DNA of 64,000 nucleotides, from the NCBI GenBank assembly GCA_045599325.1, contig JAZRVT010000005.1:17089-81088 (forward strand). The letters are read 5' to 3'. Both the position numbers and the translations under genes were made by a program. The DNA comes from Bacteroidales bacterium. GTDB taxonomy: Bacteria; Bacteroidota; Bacteroidia; Bacteroidales; UBA932. The notes under the pieces were generated by a model that saw only the letters and a list, made by a program, of their open reading frames with translations, did no database searches and was not told the origin of the DNA. The stretch's first letter is position 1. The number at the start of each line of letters is the position of its first letter. Shown in pieces: positions 27,815-37,700 of the stretch.

Positions 27815-27874
27815 TCTGTCCTACCCGTAACTGACAAACAAGACGGAAAAGGCGGTAGCGGCAGCTAATTCCCC

Positions 27875-29329
27875 TTAGATATTTTCCAATGTAGAGGCGA
27901 TCAGTTTCCACCACTTGGATACTGACGATACAAGAACTCTTTCGTCCGGAGAATGAGGGGAACATAGTGTCGGACCGCAGGATACCATCTGGATCTCAGG
28001 ATAAACGCCTGAAAGAATGCCACATTCAAGGCCTCCATGGAGAGCCTTGACAGCTGGTTCATATCCAAAGAGGCTGACGTATATTTCTTTCATCCTGTTC
28101 AGAATCGGAGAGCTCATATCAGGCTTCCAGCCGGAATACCAGCCTGAGAAAACACATTCAGCACCTGCCATCTCGAAAATTGAGCGAACAGCCTCTGCCT
28201 CTGCCAACTTTATTGAATCCGAAAGGCCACGAAGCATACACGTGACTCTCGCTTTCTCTTCCTCTGTCTTCACTATCGCGATATTGTTGGACGAATCCAC
28301 TACTCCCTCAATGTCAAGGCTCATTCTAAACACACCGTCCGGGCAGGAAACAATTGCCTTGAGGAGATTCAGTGCGACACAGTTTTCAATGGATGAAACC
28401 GCCTCAGTTCTGCTGACGGCTATTGTGACATTCGGATCCGCTTTGCCTGCTTCCGATTTCACCGCCGATGTGAATTCATCTATGAACAGTGACACTTTAT
28501 CAACCTCCTCTTGAGGAACTGCGATGACTGAGACAGCCTCACGAGGTATGGCGTTTCTCATATCACCGCCATCAAAGGAGACGAGCAGACAGCCCATATC
28601 ACGGACCAGAGGAAGTACGCATCTGGATGCAATCTTATTTGCGTTGGCACGTCCTTTCTCTATATCCATTCCAGAATGGCCGCCCAGCATCCCTTTAAAA
28701 ACAATTTCAAGAGCGACATATCCGGAAGGCAACGGAGTCCTTGAATAATTGAACATCGCATTGAAATCGTAGCCTCCGGCACACCCCACATAAAGCTCGC
28801 CTTCTGTCTCCGAATCAAAATTGATCAGGTAGTCTCCACTGAGGAATCCCTGTTTCACGTTCCTGACACCCGTCATTCCAGTTTCTTCTCCTACTGTGAA
28901 AAAGCCGTCCAACGGACCATGCTGCAAAGTGTCGGACTCCAGAACAGCCATTATCGCAGCGCATCCAAGACCATCATCCGCGCCCAGTGTCGTTCTGTCA
29001 GCCATAACCCACTGTTCTCCATCTATCAACTCAATATGAGTCTCTATAGGATCCTTCAAGAAATCATGAACTTTGTCCTTGTCTTTCTGGGGAACCATAT
29101 CCATATGTGCTTGGAGTATGATTTTCTTTTTACCCTCCATCCCCTTGGAGGCCGGTTTATGAATAAGCACATTACCCACAGAATCCCGTTCTGTTTCAAG
29201 TCCGAGACTTCGACCGAAATTCTCAATATAATCGCTCACCATTTCCTCATGCCTGCTTGCACGCGGTATCCTGGTGAGTTTATAGAAATTATTCCATACG
29301 CAACACGGTTCAAGATCTCTGATGGTCAT
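27875..29329 (-). CDS. pepD: aminoacyl-histidine (Xaa-His) dipeptidase, M20C family
   Basis: 484 aa. N-terminus LEPCCVWNNFYKLTRIPRASRHEE, metal-ligand blocks LQAHMDMV, GADDGLG and GEETGMTG, and C-terminal HSPDERV. Confidence 0.9.
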   Translation of the reverse strand: MTIRDLEPCCVWNNFYKLTRIPRASRHEEMVSDYIENFGRSLGLETERDSVGNVLIHKPASKGMEGKKKIILQAHMDMVPQKDKDKVHDFLKDPIETHIELIDGEQWVMADRTTLGADDGLGCAAIMAVLESDTLQHGPLDGFFTVGEETGMTGVRNVKQGFLSGDYLINFDSETEGELYVGCAGGYDFNAMFNYSRTPLPSGYVALEIVFKGMLGGHSGMDIEKGRANANKIASRCVLPLVRDMGCLLVSFDGGDMRNAIPREAVSVIAVPQEEVDKVSLFIDEFTSAVKSEAGKADPNVTIAVSRTEAVSSIENCVALNLLKAIVSCPDGVFRMSLDIEGVVDSSNNIAIVKTEEEKARVTCMLRGLSDSIKLAEAEAVRSIFEMAGAECVFSGWYSGWKPDMSSPILNRMKEIYVSLFGYEPAVKALHGGLECGILSGVYPEIQMVSCGPTLCSPHSPDERVLVSSVSKWWKLIASTLENI

Positions 29330-29357
29330 ATCGGATATTATTAAAGATTATTTTAGC

Positions 29358-30632
29358 CTATTGATCCCTTTTATTCAACTCAATTACGGTTTTTCTAAGA
29401 TCAGCCTTACGGACACCGTCAATCCTGACAGGATGTAGTTTGCCGTCTTCGCCTTTCACCGTGGTTGTCAATGTCCTGCGCGGGTCAATCATTTCCTGTT
29501 CATAATGAACTGCTCCTCTCCTGCATCTGTTGCCTGTCACCTGACCGGAGTCATCACGCCTGATAGAGCACCCATTAGGGCAAAGAGGGCATATTACCAC
29601 ACCTTCCTCCGGGAAACCCTTCTTCAAAGCACCTGAAGGAACGTACACAAACTCCTCCAACTGCTCATTCCTAAGGTATCTGGCCGCGTTCTTCCCAGCT
29701 ATTGCCCCCTGTTTAGAAACAAGGTCTGCAAGGTCCATGACCTTACGGCAGTTACCACAGGCAAAGATTCCCTTTCTGCTGGTCTGAAGGCAGTTATCAG
29801 TAAGCACTCCATTGCTTTTCCCATCAAGTTCTATGTGAGCTGTGAGTGCCACTTCATTTTCAGGGATAAGGCCAACTGAAAGCACCAGGCTGTCACATTC
29901 TATCAGTCTCTGAGTACCTGGAATGGGGCGTTTATTGTCGTCAACTGCCGAAATTTCAACTGCAGTGAGCTTACGGCGGCCAATGATATTGCTTACCGTA
30001 TGGCTCACATAGATTGGGATATCGAAATCATACAGGCACTGACTGATATTTCTCTGAAGTCCGCAAGGCTCCTTCATTATCTCAATTACTGCAAGGACTT
30101 TAGCCCCCTCCAGAGTAAGGCGGCGCGCCATAATCAACCCGATGTCTCCAGAACCGAGTATGACCACTCTCTTGCCAACCATAATATTTTTGACATTGAC
30201 AAGATCCTGGACCACTCCGGCTGTAAATACACCTGCGGGCCTGGTTCCTGGAATGGAGATTGCCCCACGTGTCCTCTCCCGGCACCCTGTTGCAAGAACA
30301 ATGGACTTTGACCGAATCTTGCGCAACCCCTCCCGGCACACGGCAGTTACTGTCTTGTCATCATCTATTGAGAGCACCATATGGCCGGTGGCGATTTCCA
30401 CACCTGCGGACACTGCCTCCTCACTTGCTCTCTGAGCATATTCAGGGCCAGTCAAAGCCGCATTATATCTGATAATTCCAAAACCGTCATGGATGCACTG
30501 TCGCAACACACCCCCGGAAAAATCGTTTCTGTCAAGAACGATAACCTTTTCGGCACCATTCTGTTTTGCCGCTGTAGCAGCAGCAAGGCCTCCAGGACCG
30601 GCACCCACAACAACAACATCAAATAATTCCAT
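29358..30632 (-). CDS. NAD(P)/FAD-dependent pyridine-nucleotide-disulfide-type oxidoreductase fused to a DUF1667-like C-terminal domain
   Basis: 424 aa. Two Rossmann motifs (VVVGAGPGGLAAA; VILGSGDIGLIMA) and ACGNC. The last ~85 aa (CPLCPNGCSI...GNRCRRGAVHYEQEMIDPRRTLTTTV) match the DUF1667 Cys pattern. Confidence 0.8.
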   Translation of the reverse strand: MELFDVVVVGAGPGGLAAATAAKQNGAEKVIVLDRNDFSGGVLRQCIHDGFGIIRYNAALTGPEYAQRASEEAVSAGVEIATGHMVLSIDDDKTVTAVCREGLRKIRSKSIVLATGCRERTRGAISIPGTRPAGVFTAGVVQDLVNVKNIMVGKRVVILGSGDIGLIMARRLTLEGAKVLAVIEIMKEPCGLQRNISQCLYDFDIPIYVSHTVSNIIGRRKLTAVEISAVDDNKRPIPGTQRLIECDSLVLSVGLIPENEVALTAHIELDGKSNGVLTDNCLQTSRKGIFACGNCRKVMDLADLVSKQGAIAGKNAARYLRNEQLEEFVYVPSGALKKGFPEEGVVICPLCPNGCSIRRDDSGQVTGNRCRRGAVHYEQEMIDPRRTLTTTVKGEDGKLHPVRIDGVRKADLRKTVIELNKRDQ

Positions 30633-32098
30633 TATTTAACCCTCCCACTATATAGTTCTGAACCGGGGCCTCTGAACGTGATATCCTCAGGCTCGATGTT
30701 GTACTCTTTCTCAAGTATTTCTGATATTCTTGAAAGACAGTATCCACCGTTACATCTTCCAGTTGTAGCCCAAACGCGGTATTTGATCCCAGAGATTGTC
30801 TTTACTCCAAGCGGATTTTCAATTGCCTGACATATCTCTTTCCTAGTGACTTGCTGGCATCTGCAGACCACATCACCATAAGATGGATCCTTCCTGATCA
30901 AATCAGCTTTAACCTCGTCCGGCTGTTCGCTGAATTTCAAAATCCGCTTGCGATTCGGCTTAACTTCTTTCTTTTTAAGTTCAAGTGTTTCCGCTATGAT
31001 GGACCGGACCATTTTTGCTATCGGCATCGAAGCTGTCATTCCAGGCGATTCTATCCCGACCAGATTAATAAAGCCTTTGCAGGAAGATTCTTCTTTGATT
31101 ACGAAATCGTGAAAACCTCCTTCTTTAGGAGGGGCCTGTTTCGACCTTATCCCCGAATATGCTCCGATTACCTGACTTCTTTCAAGTGTCGGAAGGAGTT
31201 TGTGAGCCTCAGCAAAGAGTCTGTCTATCAGTTCCTGAGTCGAAGCGTAATCTTCGCTGTCCTCTATATATTCAGCACTTGGTCCTATGATGATGTTCCC
31301 GTGTATTGTCGGTGTAAGATGCACTCCCAAGCCTCCAATATTGCGTTTTGGTGCAGGATATACAGGAACATTCAGCACCTTGTCAGCAATCTTGTCAAGT
31401 ATCAGGTACTCCCCACGGCAAGGGAATATGCGGTAATCCCCACAACCTGCCATTGCTGAGACTTTGGCCGAATTGAGGCCAGCGCAGTTTACTATCATCC
31501 TGCAGAGGAAAACCTTATCATTTGAGCTTACTTTGAAAAAGCCGTCTTCCTTATCGATTGATGAGACTTCCTGACCAAGGAAGAATTCAACGCCGTTGTC
31601 AGCGGCATTATCCGCAAGTGCAACAGTATATAGAAAAGGATCGAAGACCGCCGTATTAGGAGAATATAATGCTGCAATGCCTCCTACGTCAGGCAAGACA
31701 GAATGCAAAGCTTTTGCGTCAATTATCTCAAGGCCTTTGCAGCCGTTGGCCTTACCTTGCTCGAGAATTGACTCAAGGGTAGCATAATCTTCATTATCGA
31801 AAGCCACCACATACTTTCCAGTCTTTTTGTAGGGGACATCAAGGTCCTTGCATAGTTTTTCAAACCCATCATTCCCTTCCACACAAAGTCTGGCCATAAG
31901 ACTGCCGGGCCTATTGTTGAAGCCGGCGTGAACGACACCTGAATTACGACCGCTCGTGGCTGCCGCAACATCAAATTCTTTCTCCAGTACAGCGACCTTC
32001 AGGTCATAGCGGGAAAGATCATAGGCGACGGCGCATCCTACTGCGCCGGCGCCTATGATAAGGATATCAAACGGACTCATATCCATAAATGGTTGCAT
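30632..32098 (-). CDS. FAD-dependent dehydrogenase/oxidase, GlpA/LhgO-like, with C-terminal BFD-like [2Fe-2S] domain
   Basis: 488 aa. DILIIGAGAVGCAVAYDLS, FPCRGEY, GIESPGMTAS. C-terminal Cys pattern VCRCQQVTRKEI...TGRCNGGYC. Its stop overlaps the next start by 1 nt. Confidence 0.85.
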   Translation of the reverse strand: MQPFMDMSPFDILIIGAGAVGCAVAYDLSRYDLKVAVLEKEFDVAAATSGRNSGVVHAGFNNRPGSLMARLCVEGNDGFEKLCKDLDVPYKKTGKYVVAFDNEDYATLESILEQGKANGCKGLEIIDAKALHSVLPDVGGIAALYSPNTAVFDPFLYTVALADNAADNGVEFFLGQEVSSIDKEDGFFKVSSNDKVFLCRMIVNCAGLNSAKVSAMAGCGDYRIFPCRGEYLILDKIADKVLNVPVYPAPKRNIGGLGVHLTPTIHGNIIIGPSAEYIEDSEDYASTQELIDRLFAEAHKLLPTLERSQVIGAYSGIRSKQAPPKEGGFHDFVIKEESSCKGFINLVGIESPGMTASMPIAKMVRSIIAETLELKKKEVKPNRKRILKFSEQPDEVKADLIRKDPSYGDVVCRCQQVTRKEICQAIENPLGVKTISGIKYRVWATTGRCNGGYCLSRISEILEKEYNIEPEDITFRGPGSELYSGRVK

Positions 32099-32119
32099 TT
32101 ATTGCCTGACAAACACCAA

Positions 32120-33169
32120 TTAATAATATTTATAGCCAGCCTTCTTGAGTTGATCAATATTCTTGAATCTATGAGGCGGATTGAGGTATGAAGCCATGAA
32201 TTCATAAGTCTTGAACCTTATCTCTACGGACTCCCTGCTGTCAATCCTCTCAAATACGTGCGCTCCAGGCATTGGAGGATAAATCTCATATTCAAATTCT
32301 TTGTTGTAGAACTTCAGAGAATCTATCATCCTTTCTACTTCAGTATGGCTTACGTCATCATCATTTATGCAGGTAGTGATCATCAGCGGCCTTTCGAGCA
32401 ACTTTGCATATGTCACAGGGGACCTCCTTGCATATTCTTCCGGCTTTTCATCCGGTAGAGCGCCTATATGGTACTTAGGTGTAAAGTTATTCTTGTAACT
32501 CGGCAACTGATATGTCAGGCGATAGGCAACGTCGCTCACAGGGACACCGGCATACCCGCAGACATATTTTTCCGGATAACGAAGAATGCTCATCAAGGTT
32601 ATCATTCCTCCGTGGCTCCACCCCATTATACCGACGCGCTCCGGATCAACGACAGAGTAATTCTCCACCATATAGTCCCTTGCAGCAAGTACGTCTTCAT
32701 TTTCGAGTCCGCCGTAATCGATGGCCTCATATATCGCTCTGCCCCATCCTGTACTTCCACGATAATCCGGGCACAAAACGATATAACCCTGACAAACCAT
32801 TTCACGCAATATGTGAATGTAGGATGTTCCGAAAGAGCCATGGATTCCTCCGTGAGGGAAAACCATCAGCGGATATTTTTTCCCCTGCTTGATATCCTTG
32901 GGGAAAAACACATAGGAATAGAATATCAACTGATTATTGCGCAGTGTATCTTTGAACGCGCAATTCGGTTTTCTAGTCTGAACAGCCTTCGGAGGTCCGG
33001 CAAGTCTCAGGATATCCATATATGCGACGTCCTCCATCGCCATCCTGATGTAGACATTGTCAATCTTCTTCTGAGTATTCTGCTCAGAAGAATAATCCTG
33101 AGCGCTGGCGCTGCTGAAAATGAACAGCGCCAGTACAGGAAACAAAAACCCAAATAATCTATTAACCAT
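32120..33169 (-). CDS. secreted alpha/beta hydrolase, prolyl-oligopeptidase (S9) catalytic-domain type, no beta-propeller
   Basis: 349 aa with a signal peptide. Nucleophile elbow GWSHGG, candidate acid NDDDV and His GAHVF, in S9 order. Confidence 0.8.
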   Translation of the reverse strand: MVNRLFGFLFPVLALFIFSSASAQDYSSEQNTQKKIDNVYIRMAMEDVAYMDILRLAGPPKAVQTRKPNCAFKDTLRNNQLIFYSYVFFPKDIKQGKKYPLMVFPHGGIHGSFGTSYIHILREMVCQGYIVLCPDYRGSTGWGRAIYEAIDYGGLENEDVLAARDYMVENYSVVDPERVGIMGWSHGGMITLMSILRYPEKYVCGYAGVPVSDVAYRLTYQLPSYKNNFTPKYHIGALPDEKPEEYARRSPVTYAKLLERPLMITTCINDDDVSHTEVERMIDSLKFYNKEFEYEIYPPMPGAHVFERIDSRESVEIRFKTYEFMASYLNPPHRFKNIDQLKKAGYKYY

Positions 33170-33180
33170 AACTGCAGTTT

Positions 33181-34737
33181 TTAATCTTTATTGCTCAAAG
33201 GATTCTGGTCTTTTGTAATGTCAAGGGCTGCATTGCCATCGAATTCCATCTGTGGAATAGGCATAACCCACATATAACAGTCAGGTCTGCTTGTATCGCC
33301 TGTCACCTTAGTGATGGCATCGTTGCTGAATCCTTCCTCAGCCACTCTTACAAAGCCTTGCTTGAGTCTCTTGATATCGAAGATTCTTCCTACTTCAGCC
33401 CAAAGTTCAATTCGGCGCTGGATGATGATTTCTTCAAGAAGGGAGCCAGTCCATTCATCTGTCAACTTACCGAGGGCGGTTCCGGATTTATCACACTTAT
33501 AATCCGGGTCGCGTTTTGCCATCAGTTCATTGAGGAGGGTGATTGCAGCTCTGTCATTCCCCAAACGGCATTCCGCTTCAGCTTCAGTAAGTAGCATTTC
33601 CTCGTTGCGCATGAAAATATAGTCACCCATATACGTGGATATGTCAGCATACAGGAACTTCACCTGTTGATAGTGGAAGCCTCCTGCAACTTTCGAATCG
33701 GCCACAGCCTCGAACCACTTCCTGCGTATATCATTTGCACCCATCTTGCTGTAAAGAGTAGGCGTGATGTATTTAGGCTGCCTTGTTCCGTGAGTACCCT
33801 CCTTCTGCATATGGGCAAAGAGATTCCTCTGGTAATCAGTCTGGTCAGAGGTGATGATATGCCCCCATATGACATTCTGCACATCTACTCTGTTCATACC
33901 CTTGAGGATATCGTCCGCCTCACCTATCTTCGTATTGCTGCGGGCGATGGCAGCACACTCCTTGGCTTTCTGGAAATCGTTCATTTCCATAGCGACCCTT
34001 GCTCTGAAACCGTTTGCAGTGAAGTAGTCGATATGAGAGATGTGTGTCTTCTCGTGTGAAGCATTAAGCCTGGTGATTGCTGTATCCAGGTCAGCCACTA
34101 TCACATTATAGACCTCCTGCACGCTTGAACGAGGCTTACCCGAAGTTCCCGCAGAACTCGGCTCTGTGTATACCGGCACGCACGGATCGGACTCGTGGCC
34201 TTTGTATGTTCTTGAAAACCATTGAGCGAGCATAAAATAGCTGAAACCGCGGATAGCGTATGCCTGGCCAATTATGTAGTTGATCTCTGAAGGAGTGCCC
34301 TGCATGATTTCCTTAGAGTCAATGATGTAGTTTGCATTGGCAATGTAGGTATAGAACTCTTTCCAGGCACTTCCGGAACGGCCTGAAGTTGCGGTCCACC
34401 TTTCCTTCATCGTATATGTATGGTCTCTGTAGAACCAGTTTCCACCCTTAAGCGCTATGATCATATCATCTCCCATTGCATCAGCAGCGAGCAGGTCTGC
34501 CCTGAGGGCGAAGTTCATAGTATAGTCACCTGCCGTACTCCAACCATGACTGTGCATCAAGGAATAGATGCCATTGAGAGGAACAAGGGCCGCAGTGGTG
34601 TTGTCAAACATGCTTGACCCTGATACTTTTGTAGTCGGATTCGTCTCCAGCGCATCCTCCGAGCAAGAAACGGAGATGCACGCAAACAAAAGCGCCGTTA
34701 ATATGTATAATGCTGTCTTTTTCATAAGTGTACTCAT
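33181..34737 (-). CDS. RagB/SusD family nutrient-binding outer membrane lipoprotein
   Basis: 518 aa. Lipobox ISVSCSE, helical SusD-like sequence, and a start abutting the susC stop (TAAATG). Confidence 0.9.
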   Translation of the reverse strand: MSTLMKKTALYILTALLFACISVSCSEDALETNPTTKVSGSSMFDNTTAALVPLNGIYSLMHSHGWSTAGDYTMNFALRADLLAADAMGDDMIIALKGGNWFYRDHTYTMKERWTATSGRSGSAWKEFYTYIANANYIIDSKEIMQGTPSEINYIIGQAYAIRGFSYFMLAQWFSRTYKGHESDPCVPVYTEPSSAGTSGKPRSSVQEVYNVIVADLDTAITRLNASHEKTHISHIDYFTANGFRARVAMEMNDFQKAKECAAIARSNTKIGEADDILKGMNRVDVQNVIWGHIITSDQTDYQRNLFAHMQKEGTHGTRQPKYITPTLYSKMGANDIRRKWFEAVADSKVAGGFHYQQVKFLYADISTYMGDYIFMRNEEMLLTEAEAECRLGNDRAAITLLNELMAKRDPDYKCDKSGTALGKLTDEWTGSLLEEIIIQRRIELWAEVGRIFDIKRLKQGFVRVAEEGFSNDAITKVTGDTSRPDCYMWVMPIPQMEFDGNAALDITKDQNPLSNKD

Positions 34738-37700
34738 TTAGAACGTTACTTTCAAGCCGATAACAGATGTTTTGGTAGGGTTATAGACATAGTTTGTCGT
34801 ACCGCCAATGCTCTGCTGAGGGTTCATACCGTTGAGGTGTGTGAATGTCCAGAAGTTATCAAGGGAGCCATAGATTCTCAACTGCTGAGCCTTGATCCCC
34901 TGAATCCATTTCTTAGGGAGGTTAAATCCGAGAGTGATGTTCTTGATTGCAAAATAAGAAGCATCGATAAGCAGACGGCTCGAGATAGGTGACGAACCGC
35001 CGAGTTCAGCACGAGGCACATCTGTCACGTCACCCGGCTTCTGCCATCTGTCAAGCACATAAGTAGAAAGGGCCCTGCCTGTCTGTGTAGGCGCCACTAA
35101 CTCCTTATAGATCTGGTCATAAACCTTGCCGCCAAGTGAATAGGTAGTCAATATGCTGAGGTCCACATACTTGAAGATTTCAAAATCGGTACCGATGGAA
35201 CCGGTGAGCTTAGGCATACGGCTCCCTAGATAATACTTGCATCCAGTCGCAACTGCGAAGTCAGTAGTCAGATACTCTCCTACAGGATTTCCATTCTCAT
35301 CCATGCTTTCATATGCCCAGAACTGTTCCTTTCCAGTTTCAGGATCCACGCCTGCGTGCTTTACCATATAGAAGGTGTACATCGGCCGGCCTTCCTCATA
35401 GATCTGTTGTCCGCTGACATAAGAAGGCGACTCTGTAGTAAGTTTCAATATCTTGTTCTGGATTGAAGTTCCCATCACGCTCGCCTTCCAGGTGAAGTTC
35501 TTTCTGTCCACGAGAACACCTCTTACAGAAAACTCGACACCCTTGTTCTCAAGGCTTCCCACATTCGCATCATATCCGCTGAAACCGGTGGACACGGCCA
35601 TAGGATAGTTCAGGAGCATATCTCTTGTGACTCTGTCGTAGTACTCCACTGTGAAATCGAGTCTGTCACCGAACATTCTGGCATCGAGTCCGACGTTCAA
35701 GTTGGCATTCTTTTCCCAAGTCACGTTCTTGTTCTCCAATGAAGAGACCACTGCTCCCTGAGCTCCGTCATTAGGATGCCCGAGCTCGTAGAAACTCTGC
35801 CATGCATAGTAAGTGTCAAGGTCATCATTTCCCTGAACGCCATAACTGACCCTCAGATTGAGATTGTTGAGCCATCCTACCGACTGCATGAAGTTCTCAT
35901 TAGTTACGCGCCAGTTAGCACCGACAGACCAGAAATTGCCCCAACGGTTTTCTTTATAGAAACGGGATGAACCGTCACGACGGAAAGAAGCCGAGAAATA
36001 ATATCTGTTCTTGTAATCATAGTTGATACGGGAAAGATAGGACTCGATAGCATAGACATTCGAGTATGAGTCATTGTCAACACTGGATGTGGCAGGACGA
36101 AGCTCATATATTCCATCTGTCAGATTTGATTTGGTGGCATCCAGATAATGGTACACATAATTGTAGTACTCGTGACCGCCTACGAAATCTATGGTGTGTC
36201 CGGAGAATGTCCTGTTATAGGTCAGCAGCTGGTTGAAGGTGAAGCTTGTAGTTCTCTTGAAATATTTATAGAGGCGGCCGTTTGCAGGTGCATAGGATCC
36301 GTTATACATATTGTTGTACTGGGTCTGATAGATGTCACGGTTGTCACCGCCGAAGTTGGCTGTCAACTTGAGCCCCTTGAGCCATCCTGCATTATCCTTG
36401 TCAGTGCCGAGACGGAGGTAAGTCCTGACACTTTCATTCATTCCCTCCTGAGAGTTGTCATCTTCATAGATAAGACCGACCACATTCCAACCCGGCCAGG
36501 ACGGTCTTGTCTCACCATAGTCATATACCAAGTTCCCGAGCTCATCGTAAATCTGCTTGCCTGAAGCGTCTTTTGCATAGATTGGATAAATAGGACCTAT
36601 GAGCTGTGCATAGTAGAACTGGTTGCCGTATGAGTTTCCTGTAGTCAGGATTCCCTTGAAATCAGTCTTTGCAAGAGAAACGTTGAGGCCTGCGGAAATC
36701 CAGTGTGTAATTTCAGAATCCACATTTGCTCTCGCGCTGAATCTCGTATAGCCGGCATTGTTGACATATCCGTCCTCATCAAGATAGCCCAAAGAGAGCA
36801 TGGATTTGGTCTTTTCCGTGCCGCCTGTCACAGAAAGCAGGTGCTCTGTCCTGAAAGCGTTGTGGTGAACGACGCCGTCATCAAGCCAGTCCTCATCCCA
36901 TACAGGAGTTGCATCGCTGCGGACATGACCTGTTTCATCAATGATATTTCCCCAGGTGTAGTTCTTGAACGGGTTGTAGATCTCACCGCCCATTGTCGTC
37001 GACATATTGTCTCTTGCTGCCTGCTCTGCTTCTTCCCAGCTGTAATTGCCTGTATCCCAGTACTTGTTTCTCAAAGACTCGTAGCTGAGCTGTGTCCACT
37101 GTTTCTGGTCAAGTCTGTCATAATATTTGAGAGCAGGATTAGACCAGCCCACTATGCCAGTGTAAGTGACGGTCGGCTGACCGGCCTTGCCTTTCTTGGT
37201 AGTAATCATAACTACGCCGTTTGCACCACGCGCACCATAAAGAGCGCCTGAAGAAGCATCCTTGAGGACGGTGATACTTTCAATATCATTAGGATTGATG
37301 GCATTCAAGCCCCCATCATAAGGGATGCCGTCCACTACGTAGAGAGGTTCCTTTGAAGCATTGATTGAGCCATAGCCACGAATCACAATGCTGTTTCCCT
37401 CGCCCGGAGCACCGGAGCCTGATGTCACCATCACACCGGCGACCTGACCCTCAAGTGACTTGGCCACATTGGCAGAAACTCTCTGCTCGATCTTCTTATC
37501 ATCAACAACAGCAGCAGAGCCGGTGATTGAACCTTTCTTTGCAGTACCATAGGCTACGACCACCGTTTCTTCAAGCAGCTGCGCATCTTTCTTGAGAGCA
37601 ACCGCTATGCTCTGACGTTTCTTCACAGCGACAATCTGAGAGGTGTATCCGATTGAAGAAATTTCCAGTTCACCGTCGAAAGGTACATTTTCTATGGTGA

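Noticed and set aside
32468-33157. 229-aa ORF antisense to the S9 hydrolase gene (similar case: 30851-31459)
   Set aside because: The hydrolase strand carries the signal peptide and catalytic triad motifs. The antisense products have no recognisable pattern.
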